From positions 703,184 to 767,183 of the forward strand of contig BCKQ01000002.1 of the NCBI GenBank assembly GCA_001600695.1: a DNA stretch of 64,000 bases, given 5' to 3'. Origin of the DNA: Ascoidea asiatica JCM 7603. Its lineage: Eukaryota > Fungi > Ascomycota. Positions 47,152 to 58,085 of the stretch are shown in pieces. Below the pieces are notes generated by a model. It saw nothing but the letters and a program-made list of their open reading frames with translations, searched no databases and was not told the origin of the DNA. The translations under genes and the position numbers were made by a program. Numbering within the stretch: the stretch's first letter is position 1; each line of letters starts with the position of its first letter.

Positions 47152-47791
47152 TTTTACAATATGATATTTACAAAATTAATTCGAAAGCAAAGTAATAGTC
47201 TATAAATTGAAACAAAGCAAATTAAACACTACTATCTAGGATAAGTCGTTAACAAAACCAATGGTGATAAATTCATATTGATCAAAACATAATTTAAAAA
47301 CAATTCTTTTATGTATTCAATGGGAATAAATATACAACAGTAAGAGTAACAGTAACAGTAGAACTCCAGTTCCAACTCCAAGAGACATTCAATATTCAAT
47401 ATCCAATATTCAATATTTCAAATTCAGGTCAGTCCTTCGAAAAGAAAGGAAAACTGAACGGCAAATAAAAAAATAAATCACGTGCCGTTATATCAGGTGA
47501 TATCCGTGGGATTTGACTTTTCTCAACCAATTTTGAAATCTGGAAGCGCGGAAAAAAACCACGGTGAAAAATTTGAAAGGCAAGTTTTTAAAGCAGACGA
47601 TTTTGCTTAGAAGACAGACAGAGACTGGATCAAGAAGAAAAAGAGGTGAGTTGTGGATTAGATTAAATGAAAAGGGAATTGACTTTTAATTGAGAGAATC
47701 ACTTCATATAAACACAAGAATTTATTTATCGTTTGGAAGAGTAATAATCTTTTCCATTGTAACTAATTATATATAATATACCACATACAAT

Positions 47792-48631
47792 ATGGCTGCT
47801 CAAGATCTTGCATGGGCCGATGCTGAAGACGATCTTCCTGCTTCAGAAGTAATAAAAAATTCGGATGGAACAAAAACTGTTATATCATATCGTTTTAATG
47901 ATCAGAATAAAAAAGTGAAAGTCACTCAAAAGATTAAAGATGTTATTATCAAAGAACGTGTACTTCCTCAAGTTGCAAATAGAAAAAAATGGGCTAAATA
48001 TGGAGATGAAAAGGGTAAAGAACCCGGTCCAGATTTTTCAACAACACAATTAGGTGAACCTGTTAAATTAATATTATCATCATCCTGGAGAGATGCAGAA
48101 AAAGAAGAAGAAGAAAAAGAAAAATCTGAAAATACTGGTAAAAAAGCTTCAAGAATTCTTTGTAGACTTTGTAAAGGTGAACATTTCACAAGTAAATGTC
48201 CATTTAAAGGTACAATGGGTGCTCCAGAAAGTGAGCCTTCAAATATAGATCCTGCTCAAGTTATGAGTCAATTACAACCTACAAGTGATACAAAAACTGG
48301 TTATGTTCCTCCACATCTTAGAAAAAATAAAGATGGTAGTACACCAATGCCTTCTCGTTCTGCTTATGGTGAAAGAGATGATTCTGCTACTTTACGTGTA
48401 AGTCAATTAAATGAAATTGTAACTGAAGATATGATAAGAGAAGAATTATTTGGTAATTACGGTCCTCTTGAAAGAGTTATTCTTATAAAGAATAAAGAAA
48501 CTGGTGAATCTAAGGGTTTAGCATATGTAGTATTTTCAAGTGTTCAAACTGCTCAAAGAGCTTTAGATGATATGAATGGAAGAGGTTACCATTCTTTAAT
48601 TTTACATATTGAATTTTCTAAAAGAAAATAA
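47792..48631 (+). CDS. TIF35: Translation initiation factor eIF3 subunit g
   Basis: WADA start motif, zinc knuckle CRLCKGEHFTSKCP, YVPPHLR, C-terminal RRM. Confidence 0.95.
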   Translation: MAAQDLAWADAEDDLPASEVIKNSDGTKTVISYRFNDQNKKVKVTQKIKDVIIKERVLPQVANRKKWAKYGDEKGKEPGPDFSTTQLGEPVKLILSSSWRDAEKEEEEKEKSENTGKKASRILCRLCKGEHFTSKCPFKGTMGAPESEPSNIDPAQVMSQLQPTSDTKTGYVPPHLRKNKDGSTPMPSRSAYGERDDSATLRVSQLNEIVTEDMIREELFGNYGPLERVILIKNKETGESKGLAYVVFSSVQTAQRALDDMNGRGYHSLILHIEFSKRK

Positions 48632-48921
48632 ATCATATAATGAATTAAATAAAATCTATTTTTTTTTTCAAATATACTTAACGATTTGTATTATTTTTTA
48701 GTTTAATGCGGAGTTTTGATCCAAAAGAAGCAGTAAACAAAGTGAAAATACTTAAATCCGCATTTATTTAAATTTCGCGTATGTAATTTTGAGTTTACTT
48801 TTTAAGACTTTTGACACTAATTGTTTTTATTTTGGAAATAAGTTTAGATTCTTAAAACTTATAATACTTTTATTTTTTTTTCTCTATTCTTTTAAAAGAT
48901 TTGAATATTTGTTTCATAAAA

Positions 48922-51099
48922 ATGTCAATAAACTATGAACCAGAAGATAATGAACCCTATGGAATTTTGAGTGATGATGAACAGGATTTAATTAATCCAG
49001 AAGAAAAAGAGAGATTGGTTAAACTTAGAGAACAAAAATTACAAGAATTGAAACTTATAGAACAACAATTATCACCCACTAAAGCAAAACAAATACCAGA
49101 AAAAGAGAAAATAATATTTCCAAAGAAATTCAATTCAGAATTAGATTTTCCAAAAAAAAATAAAATTGAAAAAAATTCTGAAATATATAATAATAATACT
49201 TACAATTCAAAAGATATATATCAAAGGAGTAAATCTTTGAAACAAGAGTATTACAAGAATAAATATAGTAATAAAAGTTCAGATGTTTCTAAAAATGTAG
49301 TGAAGAAATCCAATATTGCAGATAAATTGCAAGAAACTTATAAAATTGAAAAAATTGAAAGAGAACAAAAAGAACATTTTATGAAATCAAGAGTGTTTAC
49401 ATTTGGATTAGATAATGATGCAGATTTTTTAGAAATTGAACCAATTAAAGTTTTTGATGAAAAGGATAAACATTCTGGACATAATTTATCAGTAAGATAT
49501 CTAAAAGAAGAATTAATTGATAAATTATTAGAAGATAAAAAAATTTTAAGATTAAATAAATTATTTTCAAAAATATATCCACCAAAGTTTAAAGAACCAG
49601 AATATTCAAACTGGGTTGTAATTGGTATAATTTCAAATAAAAGTGAAGTTAAAATTTCTTCAAATGGTAAAAAATATATAAAATTTATTTTAACAGATTT
49701 TAATTTAACTTTAAGTTTAATATTATTTGATCAAGCATTTGAGAAATATTGGAAATGTAAAATTGGTGATATTATTGGAATTTTAAATCCAAGTATTTCA
49801 CCATATTTTAATAATATCAAAAAAATTAAAACATTTAATTTAATTTTAAATACAGAATTTAATTCAATTTTAGAAATTGGTAAATGTAAAGATTTTGGAA
49901 TTTGTAAATTTAAAAATTTTAAAAATGGACAAAATTGTGATACACCAATTAATATATCTAGAACACAATATTGTTATTATCATCAAGATATTTCATTACA
50001 AAAATATGCATCCAAAAGATTGGAGATTAGTAGTGCATCAGGATCTGGAGCTCCAATGAATAATAAAAATGGTAATAGTTTATCAAATAAAAAACAAATA
50101 TTTATGAATAAGAATTATAAAACAAATAATGAAAAAAGTTTCGGAATGAAGATCATTGAAGATCCATTTAATAATAATAACAATTCAATAAATGACGGAG
50201 AAAATAGATTATTTTTCACAAATGTTCATAGTAAAAGAGCTTTTTTTGATGATAAATATTCTAATCCTGAAATGTTAAAAAACATTGATATAAAGAAAAA
50301 AAAAATAGAGACCAAAAAAAAAGAAAATGAACTAAGAACAAAATTAATGCAAATTAAAGGTGGAGAAAGTTTAAGAGGATTATTAGAAACAGAGGATGAA
50401 AAATTTGAGAAAAAAAAAATTATGGAAGTTGCATTTACTCCAGAAGTTTTAGTGAAATTAGGATTTGATCCAACTAGAAATGCATATGATTCCGGAAATG
50501 GAAGTAGTAATGTAATAATTAAGAAACAAAGTAAAGATACATTTAAAGAATTAGAAAAAATACGTAAAAATAAAAGGAATTATTTATCACCATCAAAGAG
50601 ATCAGTTGCAAAAAGGAAAAAAGAATGGAATGAAACATTTGCAAAAGCTAAAGAATATTCCAAAATAGTTGAAAATGAAAATGAAGAAGGTGGAAAAGAT
50701 AGTTTAATGATTGAAAAAGAAAAAGAGAATAATAGAAAATTATTAGTTAAACCACTTAATGAAAAAATTAAACTTGTAGCGAAAAAAGATTTGCTTGCGA
50801 AATTTCTTGAAGCTTCTGAAAAGGGTACTAAAAAAGTTTCAAATGATGATCAAAATGATAATAATCAAGTTGATGAGAAAAAGAGAAAGAATGATAGTAA
50901 TAATGATAATGACAGTGATAATGAAAGTGGTAGTGATAGTGAATTTGAAATTGATTTTGAAGATAAAAATATTGATTATAAGAAAGTTCTAGGTGGTTTA
51001 AAGATTGGAAAAGAAAAAATTAAAAAAGGAAACACGAGTAACAAAATGAGTGAGAATGCAAGTAGTGAAAAGAAAACACAAGACATGAATAACGAATAA
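48922..51099 (+). CDS. MCM10: Replication initiation factor Mcm10
   Basis: PPKFKEPEYSNWVVIGII OB fold, ILEIG..KDFGIC...C...YCYYH CCCH finger. ATG at 48922; MCB-like TCGCGT at 48775. Confidence 0.9.
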   Translation: MSINYEPEDNEPYGILSDDEQDLINPEEKERLVKLREQKLQELKLIEQQLSPTKAKQIPEKEKIIFPKKFNSELDFPKKNKIEKNSEIYNNNTYNSKDIYQRSKSLKQEYYKNKYSNKSSDVSKNVVKKSNIADKLQETYKIEKIEREQKEHFMKSRVFTFGLDNDADFLEIEPIKVFDEKDKHSGHNLSVRYLKEELIDKLLEDKKILRLNKLFSKIYPPKFKEPEYSNWVVIGIISNKSEVKISSNGKKYIKFILTDFNLTLSLILFDQAFEKYWKCKIGDIIGILNPSISPYFNNIKKIKTFNLILNTEFNSILEIGKCKDFGICKFKNFKNGQNCDTPINISRTQYCYYHQDISLQKYASKRLEISSASGSGAPMNNKNGNSLSNKKQIFMNKNYKTNNEKSFGMKIIEDPFNNNNNSINDGENRLFFTNVHSKRAFFDDKYSNPEMLKNIDIKKKKIETKKKENELRTKLMQIKGGESLRGLLETEDEKFEKKKIMEVAFTPEVLVKLGFDPTRNAYDSGNGSSNVIIKKQSKDTFKELEKIRKNKRNYLSPSKRSVAKRKKEWNETFAKAKEYSKIVENENEEGGKDSLMIEKEKENNRKLLVKPLNEKIKLVAKKDLLAKFLEASEKGTKKVSNDDQNDNNQVDEKKRKNDSNNDNDSDNESGSDSEFEIDFEDKNIDYKKVLGGLKIGKEKIKKGNTSNKMSENASSEKKTQDMNNE

Positions 51100-51457
51100 C
51101 GATTAAAGTGACATTGCTATAATGAACGACTTCATTGACTTTAATCACAAATGACTGAACATTGTAAAATCACAAGAAGCTCAGGAAGCAAAAGTACCAG
51201 AAAAAAGAAAGGTCTAAATGATTATCAGTATCAACAACATATATATAAGTCACAAGACATTACATAATCACTATCCACTTTGGCGGAAAATCGAAATAAA
51301 TCTGAAAAATGAAAGTGAAATTGAGATTCGAATGCAATTTCTGTTTCTGTTTGTGTTTTGGGAACTGAAAGAAGTAGCCAGTTTTATCAAAGGTTATCAG
51401 TGAAGTAATTCAGATAGAGATAATTGTAGTAGCGGAAGAAAAAGAATATAAAACAAT

Positions 51458-51782
51458 ATGGCAAGTATGTGTGATGTGTGGAGTTCATTACTTTAACAGT
51501 AATGCAATAGAGACCTTATCGAAAAAAATTTCAAACTAACTTACTAACAATTGAATTTTCATTTATTCAGAGGCTAAAACAAGAACAACATTAATCAAAT
51601 TGATATCAAGTGCAGGCACTGGATATATGAGATATATAACAAGACCAAGAACAGCTCCTGCCGTTACTCAAGTTAGATATGATCCTCTAGTTAAAAGACA
51701 TGTATTATTCACTGAATTAAAAAAAAGAAAAGCTGCAGATGTTAAACCATTAAGTTTCGAAAGACCAACTAGAATCTTTTAA
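51458..51782 (+). CDS. MRPL39: Mitochondrial ribosomal protein bL33m, two exons (51458-51464, 51571-51782), 72 aa
   Basis: Spliced product [21 protein letters not shown]...[17 protein letters not shown]. Confidence 0.93.
51465..51570 (+). other. Spliceosomal intron of MRPL39 (106 nt)
   Basis: GTATGT at 51465, TACTAAC at 51542-51548, CAG ending 51570. Confidence 0.92.
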
Positions 51783-52438
51783 TAAAGTTATCAATGATTC
51801 AATTTACAAATTAAAGTATATGAACAAAAACTCAAAGCTTGAATGAATAAGTTAATTTTTAAATCCTGTATATATATATATATATAATAAAATGTAACAT
51901 AATGAATAGAACAACGATTGTTAAGCTCATTTAGCACCAATTCTATCCCTTGCATTGAATTCTCCTTCTTCTTTACACTCGATGACTTTCAATCACCACA
52001 AACACCACTGGAAGCAGTTTGAAAAGGTTGAATCAAAGAGCGAATGCTGAGTGTTGGGTGTTAGTAGTTCCTTACTTGCCACATAAATTCAATATTTCCC
52101 AATTAGAACTTACTTTCCACCTTATGGCGCATTTTTTCCTAATCGCGAGAACTTTTTATTTGTTTGTTTACTTTTGAGTGATACAAATAAATTCTGATTT
52201 TGATTAAGAATAAGAATATCCATAATTTTTTCGATATTTATTTATTATTTTTTACTTCAACCTCTTATTCACAATTATCCAATTGATTTTTATAATATAC
52301 TTCCTTATTGAACAATTATATTTATATTACCTAAATTGTTCATTCTCAAACTTAAATTTATTCAAAAAACTATTATTAATACTCTTAACCTTTTAATCAT
52401 TTAGTCTACTAAAGTTTTCAAGTATTCAAGTTGTTAAA

Positions 52439-54040
52439 ATGAATTCAATAGTCTTAGAAAATAAAGATAATAAAAGGAAATCAATTACTGATTTCTTTAA
52501 AGTTATTAAATCTCCTAATAAAATAAATAAAAATGATTCAGAAAATAAGGAAAATATTATAATTGAATCTGAAAAAAATGATGAAATTTTAATTAATAAT
52601 AAAGAAAATATTAAACCTAAAGATAATCTTAAAAATGATTTTGATAATAATAATGAAAATATTTTAAAACCAATTATTTTGAATATCAATTCAGACAATA
52701 AATTGATGAATAAACCCAAATCCTTAGATTCAACAATACTTAAAATTGATGATAAAATTAATAATTTACTCAAAAGATCTTCTCCAATTAAATCCAATAA
52801 AATTGAAAATGAAAATGATATATATGAAAACAAAAATGAAAATGAAAAAGATACTATAAAAGAAAAACTAGAAGAAAAGCAAAAAGAAATTGAAGTTAAA
52901 TTAGAAACTAAAACAGAAAATACAACTGAAAATGAAAATTCAATATCCAATAATACTACAATCAAATCTAACTCACTTGAAAATGATTCCAATAAATTTA
53001 TGTCCAATAGTTCCTTCAAAATAAACAAAATAAATAACTCCAAATCTACTGAAATGAAAATAATACCTAAATCCACTATTTCTTCATCAAAAAATATTCC
53101 CAGTTCTTCTTCATCATCATCATCTTCTTCAACATCCGTGAAAAGAAAAGCTCATCAAATGACTTTAACAAATATGTCGACAGTAAAAAGATTTAAATCT
53201 TCATTTGATAAACAAGCTTGGATAAATTCATTATCTCAACAAAATAAAGAATTATTACAGCTTGAAATAAATACAATTGAAGATTCTTGGTTAGAATTAA
53301 TGCATAAAGAATTCACGAAACCATATTTCCTAACTTTAAAAAGATTTTTAAGATCTGAAAAAAGTTCTCGTCAAGTTGTTTTTCCACCTGAAAAAGATAT
53401 TTATTCATGGACAAGATTAACTCCTGTTAATAATGTTAAAGTTTTAATCTTAGGTCAAGATCCTTATCATAATTTCAATCAAGCTCATGGTTTAGCATTT
53501 TCTGTTAAAAAACCAACAATTCCACCTCCTTCTTTAAAAAATATTTATAAATGTATAAATATTGATTATCCAAATTTTGAAATTCCATTGGGTAAAAAAT
53601 TAACTGGGGATTTAACTTCTTGGGCTCAACAAGGTGTACTTATGTTAAATACTTGTTTAACTGTTAGAGCTCATAATGCAAATTCTCATTCAAAAAAAGG
53701 TTGGGAATTATTTACAGAAACTACGATTAAAAGTTTATTGAATTATAAAAATAAAATTGAAAGAAAAGGTATTGTAATTTTAGCTTGGGGTTCTCCTGCT
53801 CAAAAAAGAATTGAAGGTATTGGTTATAGAAAATTAAATAATGAAAATCAAAATTTATTATTGAAATCTGTTCATCCAAGTCCATTAAGTGCTTCAAGAG
53901 GGTTTTTTCAATGTCAACATTTTAAAAGATGTAATCAATGGTTATTAGATAATTCCAATGGTGAAGATATGATTGATTGGGCTTTAGTTTCAAATAATAC
54001 TTTAAAGACTTCAAAGAAACCATCTATTGAAGAAAAATAA
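52439..54040 (+). CDS. UNG1: Uracil-DNA glycosylase (family 1) with long N-terminal extension
   Basis: GQDPYH, PPSLKNI and HPSPLS motifs; PIP-like KSITDFF near the N-terminus. Confidence 0.95.
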   Translation: MNSIVLENKDNKRKSITDFFKVIKSPNKINKNDSENKENIIIESEKNDEILINNKENIKPKDNLKNDFDNNNENILKPIILNINSDNKLMNKPKSLDSTILKIDDKINNLLKRSSPIKSNKIENENDIYENKNENEKDTIKEKLEEKQKEIEVKLETKTENTTENENSISNNTTIKSNSLENDSNKFMSNSSFKINKINNSKSTEMKIIPKSTISSSKNIPSSSSSSSSSSTSVKRKAHQMTLTNMSTVKRFKSSFDKQAWINSLSQQNKELLQLEINTIEDSWLELMHKEFTKPYFLTLKRFLRSEKSSRQVVFPPEKDIYSWTRLTPVNNVKVLILGQDPYHNFNQAHGLAFSVKKPTIPPPSLKNIYKCINIDYPNFEIPLGKKLTGDLTSWAQQGVLMLNTCLTVRAHNANSHSKKGWELFTETTIKSLLNYKNKIERKGIVILAWGSPAQKRIEGIGYRKLNNENQNLLLKSVHPSPLSASRGFFQCQHFKRCNQWLLDNSNGEDMIDWALVSNNTLKTSKKPSIEEK

Positions 54041-55164
54041 AAAATACAAATTTCCCCATTTGTTTTTATATTTTTTTTCAAATTCACTTTCTTTCACTAT
54101 CTTCTCTTAAAATATCCTGTTTTCAAATATCCTCTCTTTTTTTATACCCTTCAATTGAATTGAACCATATTTTCATATTTGAATTATATATTATGTAACA
54201 TTAATCTTAACATCTGAATTTATTTTAATTCCAACTTTCCTTTGAATTTTGACTAAACTTGAGTCACTTGCTAATTCGATTCAAAATTTCTTATCATTTC
54301 ATTAAAAAAATCTATATAAAAATTACTCTGAATGATTTCGAATGTATTTTATTTGATAATATTTTTGATAATTATTCATATTGAAATTTCATTGCCAGTA
54401 ATACTATGAGATCATTTGATAAGTTTTTCAGTAACGTTGATGTATTAACTGTTATTTTAATAAAGGAATAACTCTCAACCCAATTTTCATATATTTTAAA
54501 CCATTTTAGGTTGGTTAGGTTGAAATAGAAGTTCTTTAAAAAAATATACTTCGCAAATAACTTTTCGAAATAAGGCTATGTCTGCTAAATGCTTCACTTC
54601 GGTATTCAGATTACTTGCATATTTCCCGGGGTTTCAAATTTCTGGTATTTAAAATAAAATTCAGGCAATTCAAATAAAAAAAGCAGTCAATTAAATTAAG
54701 TTAAACACTATTTGAAAGGGTTTTTGGTGAATGAACTGATTCAAAAGTATTAAGAAATTGTTGGATTGAGAGGAAAGTCAAAAAATTTCTATTTTTTGAT
54801 ATCCCGAATCAAGTAGCTCTTCTATTAATAGGATAAATTGATTAATATTCAGGAACGTATTGCATTCTTAACAATTTTTTTTTCTTTCTTTGGAAGATCG
54901 ACAACACATAATTTTCGAAAAAGTTTCCTTGAATATCACAAATTATAATTTTGTAAGATTAATAGAAAATATTTTAATGATTAAGATTGAATTGAGAATA
55001 ATTAAAATACGATTAAATGAAATATAAATAAAGAATGAATTTCTCTCTTTTTATTGTTTTAAGATATATAAATTATAATTATCTTTAATATCTTTAATTA
55101 AGTCATTCTTTTTATTTCAATAATATTTATTCTCTTTTAACTACATAAAATTATATTTTCAAAA

Positions 55165-55938
55165 ATGCAATTCATTATTACAGCTGCTTTAATTTCTGCT
55201 TTATTAACTAAATCATACGCTGATCAAGCAATGACATTAACAGTTGAAGGAGATGGTTATGATAATGCTGAACTTTCAGTTGGAACAGATAGTTATATAA
55301 TTGTTGGATCAAGTGATCCATTAACTTTCACACTTGAAGAACCTTCAGGATATGTTTTAACATCAGATAATTTATATTTAGGATTTGATACTGATGGATT
55401 ATCAGAAGTTGATGAAAATAGTAGATCAAAAGATTTTGGTATTACTGATGGTTATTTACGTTTTGCAACACAAGGTATAAATACTTTCTATACTTGTAAA
55501 GTCGATGGATTACAAAAAGTTTATAATTATGATTGTTCTTCAGTTTCTGGTGCTTCATCTTCAGTTAGTATTAAAATTGCAGTCAATGCTTCAGGTTCTT
55601 CATCTTCTGGTTCTGCTTCAGCATCCGCTTCAACTGAAACTTCATCTGCTTCATCTGCAGCTACAACTATTGCTTCTTCATCTGCAGTTATTCCATTAGT
55701 TTCTGCTTTATCATCTGAAGTACCAGTTTCCTCAGCTATCACAGCTGATGCATCATTAACTTCTGGATCTCTTGCAGCAGTTGATGCTAGCACTTCAGTT
55801 CCAGTTGTTTCTTCTTCAAATTCAACCAACTCATCATCCACTTCTGCTAGTATTGTTTTAGCTACTGGTGGTTCTAATAAACTTACAAGTTTTGGAGTTG
55901 CTGGATTAGCTGGATTAGTTGCTTTAAATTTATTATAA
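55165..55938 (+). CDS. GPI-anchored cell-wall mannoprotein (Cwp1/Pga29-31-like)
   Basis: Signal peptide, beta-rich domain (FGITDGYLRF), Ser/Ala/Thr stalk, hydrophobic GPI signal GGSNKL...GLAGLVALNLL. Confidence 0.8.
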   Translation: MQFIITAALISALLTKSYADQAMTLTVEGDGYDNAELSVGTDSYIIVGSSDPLTFTLEEPSGYVLTSDNLYLGFDTDGLSEVDENSRSKDFGITDGYLRFATQGINTFYTCKVDGLQKVYNYDCSSVSGASSSVSIKIAVNASGSSSSGSASASASTETSSASSAATTIASSSAVIPLVSALSSEVPVSSAITADASLTSGSLAAVDASTSVPVVSSSNSTNSSSTSASIVLATGGSNKLTSFGVAGLAGLVALNLL

Positions 55939-56285
55939 TCTAGTTATTTTCCAATTAAAAGTTCATTTTTAAGTCATACATTTGGCTTTAAAAACCATTT
56001 CAATTCTTATTTAGATTTAAATTAGTGTTTTAATCAATTTTTATTAATTTTCATCTTCCTTTAACATTATTATTCAATTTATTCACGCTTCTTTTAAATT
56101 CTTTATCACTGTATGTAACTTTAACGTTAATAAAATATTCACCGCCAATACATTTCATTTGGTAAATGAATCAGTGATTCTTTTTCAGTAGTTTTTTCTC
56201 ATTAAGTGATAAAAACAATAAACAAGATCGTCACTTTCTAAAAACACTATTTTTATAGATCTAATTGATATTTTTTTAAGTTTTT

Positions 56286-56358
56286 GGTTGTATGGTGTAG
56301 TTGGTTATCACTTTCGGTTTTGATCCGGATAACCCCGGTTCGAATCCGGGTACGACCT
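56286..56358 (+). tRNA. tRNA-Gln(UUG), intronless
   Basis: Acceptor stem GGTTGTA/TACGACC, anticodon stem TTCGG/CCGGA with TTG at 56320-56322, T-arm CCCGG-TTCGAAT-CCGGG, oligo-T terminator from ~56364. Confidence 0.97.
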
Positions 56359-57026
56359 TTCCATTTTTTTTTGTTCTGTTTTTTTATAGTTCTTTTTGAT
56401 GAGAGTCTCGCTAAAAACACAAGAAAGTGGACTCTCCAGAATTGTTATTTACAACTGTTGAAGAATATATTATGAACACTCTTCAAATATAAGTCAAATA
56501 CACCATAATCAAATAGTGGAAATCAAGTGGAGATTTTATCACAACATGCTATCTTTTCAATTTATATGGAGTCCATTTTTTCAATCATTAAACGCACTAA
56601 AATTAAGTTTCTTACTATCTGAATGTTTTATTAATAGTTGAATCCTTCACATTCACAATATAGTTAGGTCAGTCAATAATTAATAATGATTGTGGTTTCT
56701 TGCTTTTTTTGCAGCCATTTTATGAAAAGCCTTTGTTTATATTTATTTTTTATTAATTACTGATTTTTGGTATGAATTTGATATGAAAATGAAAAAATTA
56801 TTTACTTCTTGATTAGAAATTCATATGTTTTGAACTTTCTTGAAAATATTAGATTTGATGATTGAAAATCATATTTAATAACTCAATTTCTCATTAATAA
56901 TTTCATGAATTTTTGCATAATATTCTTTCATTGATCAAGACAATTTCAATATTCAATTTTCATATTCAATTTTTTAATAATATTCTTTTAATCATAATAA
57001 TTATATATTTATATCAGTTTATAAAG

Positions 57027-58085
57027 ATGATTTCAATTCCAAAAACTCAAAAAGCTTATATCTATAATCATGAATCAAAAAAATTAGAATTTGTCACTGA
57101 TTATCCAGTTCCAAAATTAAAATTAAATCAAGCTTTACTAAAAGTAAAAGCAGCTGGTTTATGTCATAGTGATTTAAGTTTTTTAGATGGTATTATGTCA
57201 TTTAAAAATTCTTTTATTATGGGTCATGAAATTTGTGGTGAATTAATTGATATAAATATCAATACTTCAAATTCTGATTCAAAATATAAATTAAATGATT
57301 ATAAATTAGGTAACCTTTTTACAATTGTCGGTGTAAATCCATGTAGAAATTGTTTAAATTGTTTAAATGGGTTTGAATCAACTTGCATTGGTAATAATGG
57401 TTTATATTTTGGTATTGGTAAAGATGGGGGTTTTGGTCAATATTTATCTGTTGATATTGAACATTTAATTCATGTTCCTGATTCTTTACAAAATTCTCCT
57501 GAAATTTGCGCAATTGGTACTGATGCAATTGTTACTCCTTATCATGCTTTAAAAAGAATTAAAAATTTAAATGGTATGTATAAACTTTTAATTATTGGTC
57601 TTGGTGGTTTGGGTTTGAATGCTCTTCAATTAGCTAAAAAAGCTTTTGGTGCTTATGTAATTTGTACTGATTTGAAAGAAAGTCAAAGAAAAAAAGCTAT
57701 TGAATTCGGTGCTGATGAAGTTTTTGAATATTTACCTGAAACTCCTTTGAATGTAGATTCTGTTGCTGATTTTGTCAGAATTACTTCAACTGTTGCTGAT
57801 GGTATTTTTCACTTAAGATCAAATGGTCAATTTCTTTTAGTTGGAGTGAATCCAGGTGGTTTTAATTTATCAATAAAAGAAACTTTCAAAATTGTTTCAA
57901 TGGAATTATCCATAATTTCTTCTTGTTGGGGTTCAAAACAAGATCAAATTGAAGTTTTGCAATTGCTAGCTGATAAAAAAATAATTCCTCAATTTAAAAC
58001 TTTTTCATTATTTAGTGATCTATTAGAAAAAATGGATGATATGGCTAATGGAAAATTGATTGATAGAGCTGTTTTCATCCCTTAA
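57027..58085 (+). CDS. Zn-dependent medium-chain secondary alcohol dehydrogenase / carbonyl reductase (CpSADH/CPCR2-like)
   Basis: GLCHSD, MGHEICG, structural Zn cysteines, TDAIVTPYHA (Asp ligand), GLGGLG; ATG at 57027. Confidence 0.9.
   Translation: MISIPKTQKAYIYNHESKKLEFVTDYPVPKLKLNQALLKVKAAGLCHSDLSFLDGIMSFKNSFIMGHEICGELIDININTSNSDSKYKLNDYKLGNLFTIVGVNPCRNCLNCLNGFESTCIGNNGLYFGIGKDGGFGQYLSVDIEHLIHVPDSLQNSPEICAIGTDAIVTPYHALKRIKNLNGMYKLLIIGLGGLGLNALQLAKKAFGAYVICTDLKESQRKKAIEFGADEVFEYLPETPLNVDSVADFVRITSTVADGIFHLRSNGQFLLVGVNPGGFNLSIKETFKIVSMELSIISSCWGSKQDQIEVLQLLADKKIIPQFKTFSLFSDLLEKMDDMANGKLIDRAVFIP

Noticed and set aside
47646-47791. Possible 5' UTR intron of TIF35 (GTGAGT ... AACTAAT)
   Set aside because: No AG acceptor between the putative branch and the ATG
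51920-51995. RNase MRP-like words (GAAAGTC, GAGCTTA) on the minus strand
   Set aside because: Spacing is far too short and the P4 pairing geometry is wrong
56284-56475. 63-aa ORF
   Set aside because: Overlaps the tRNA-Gln gene and starts at TTG
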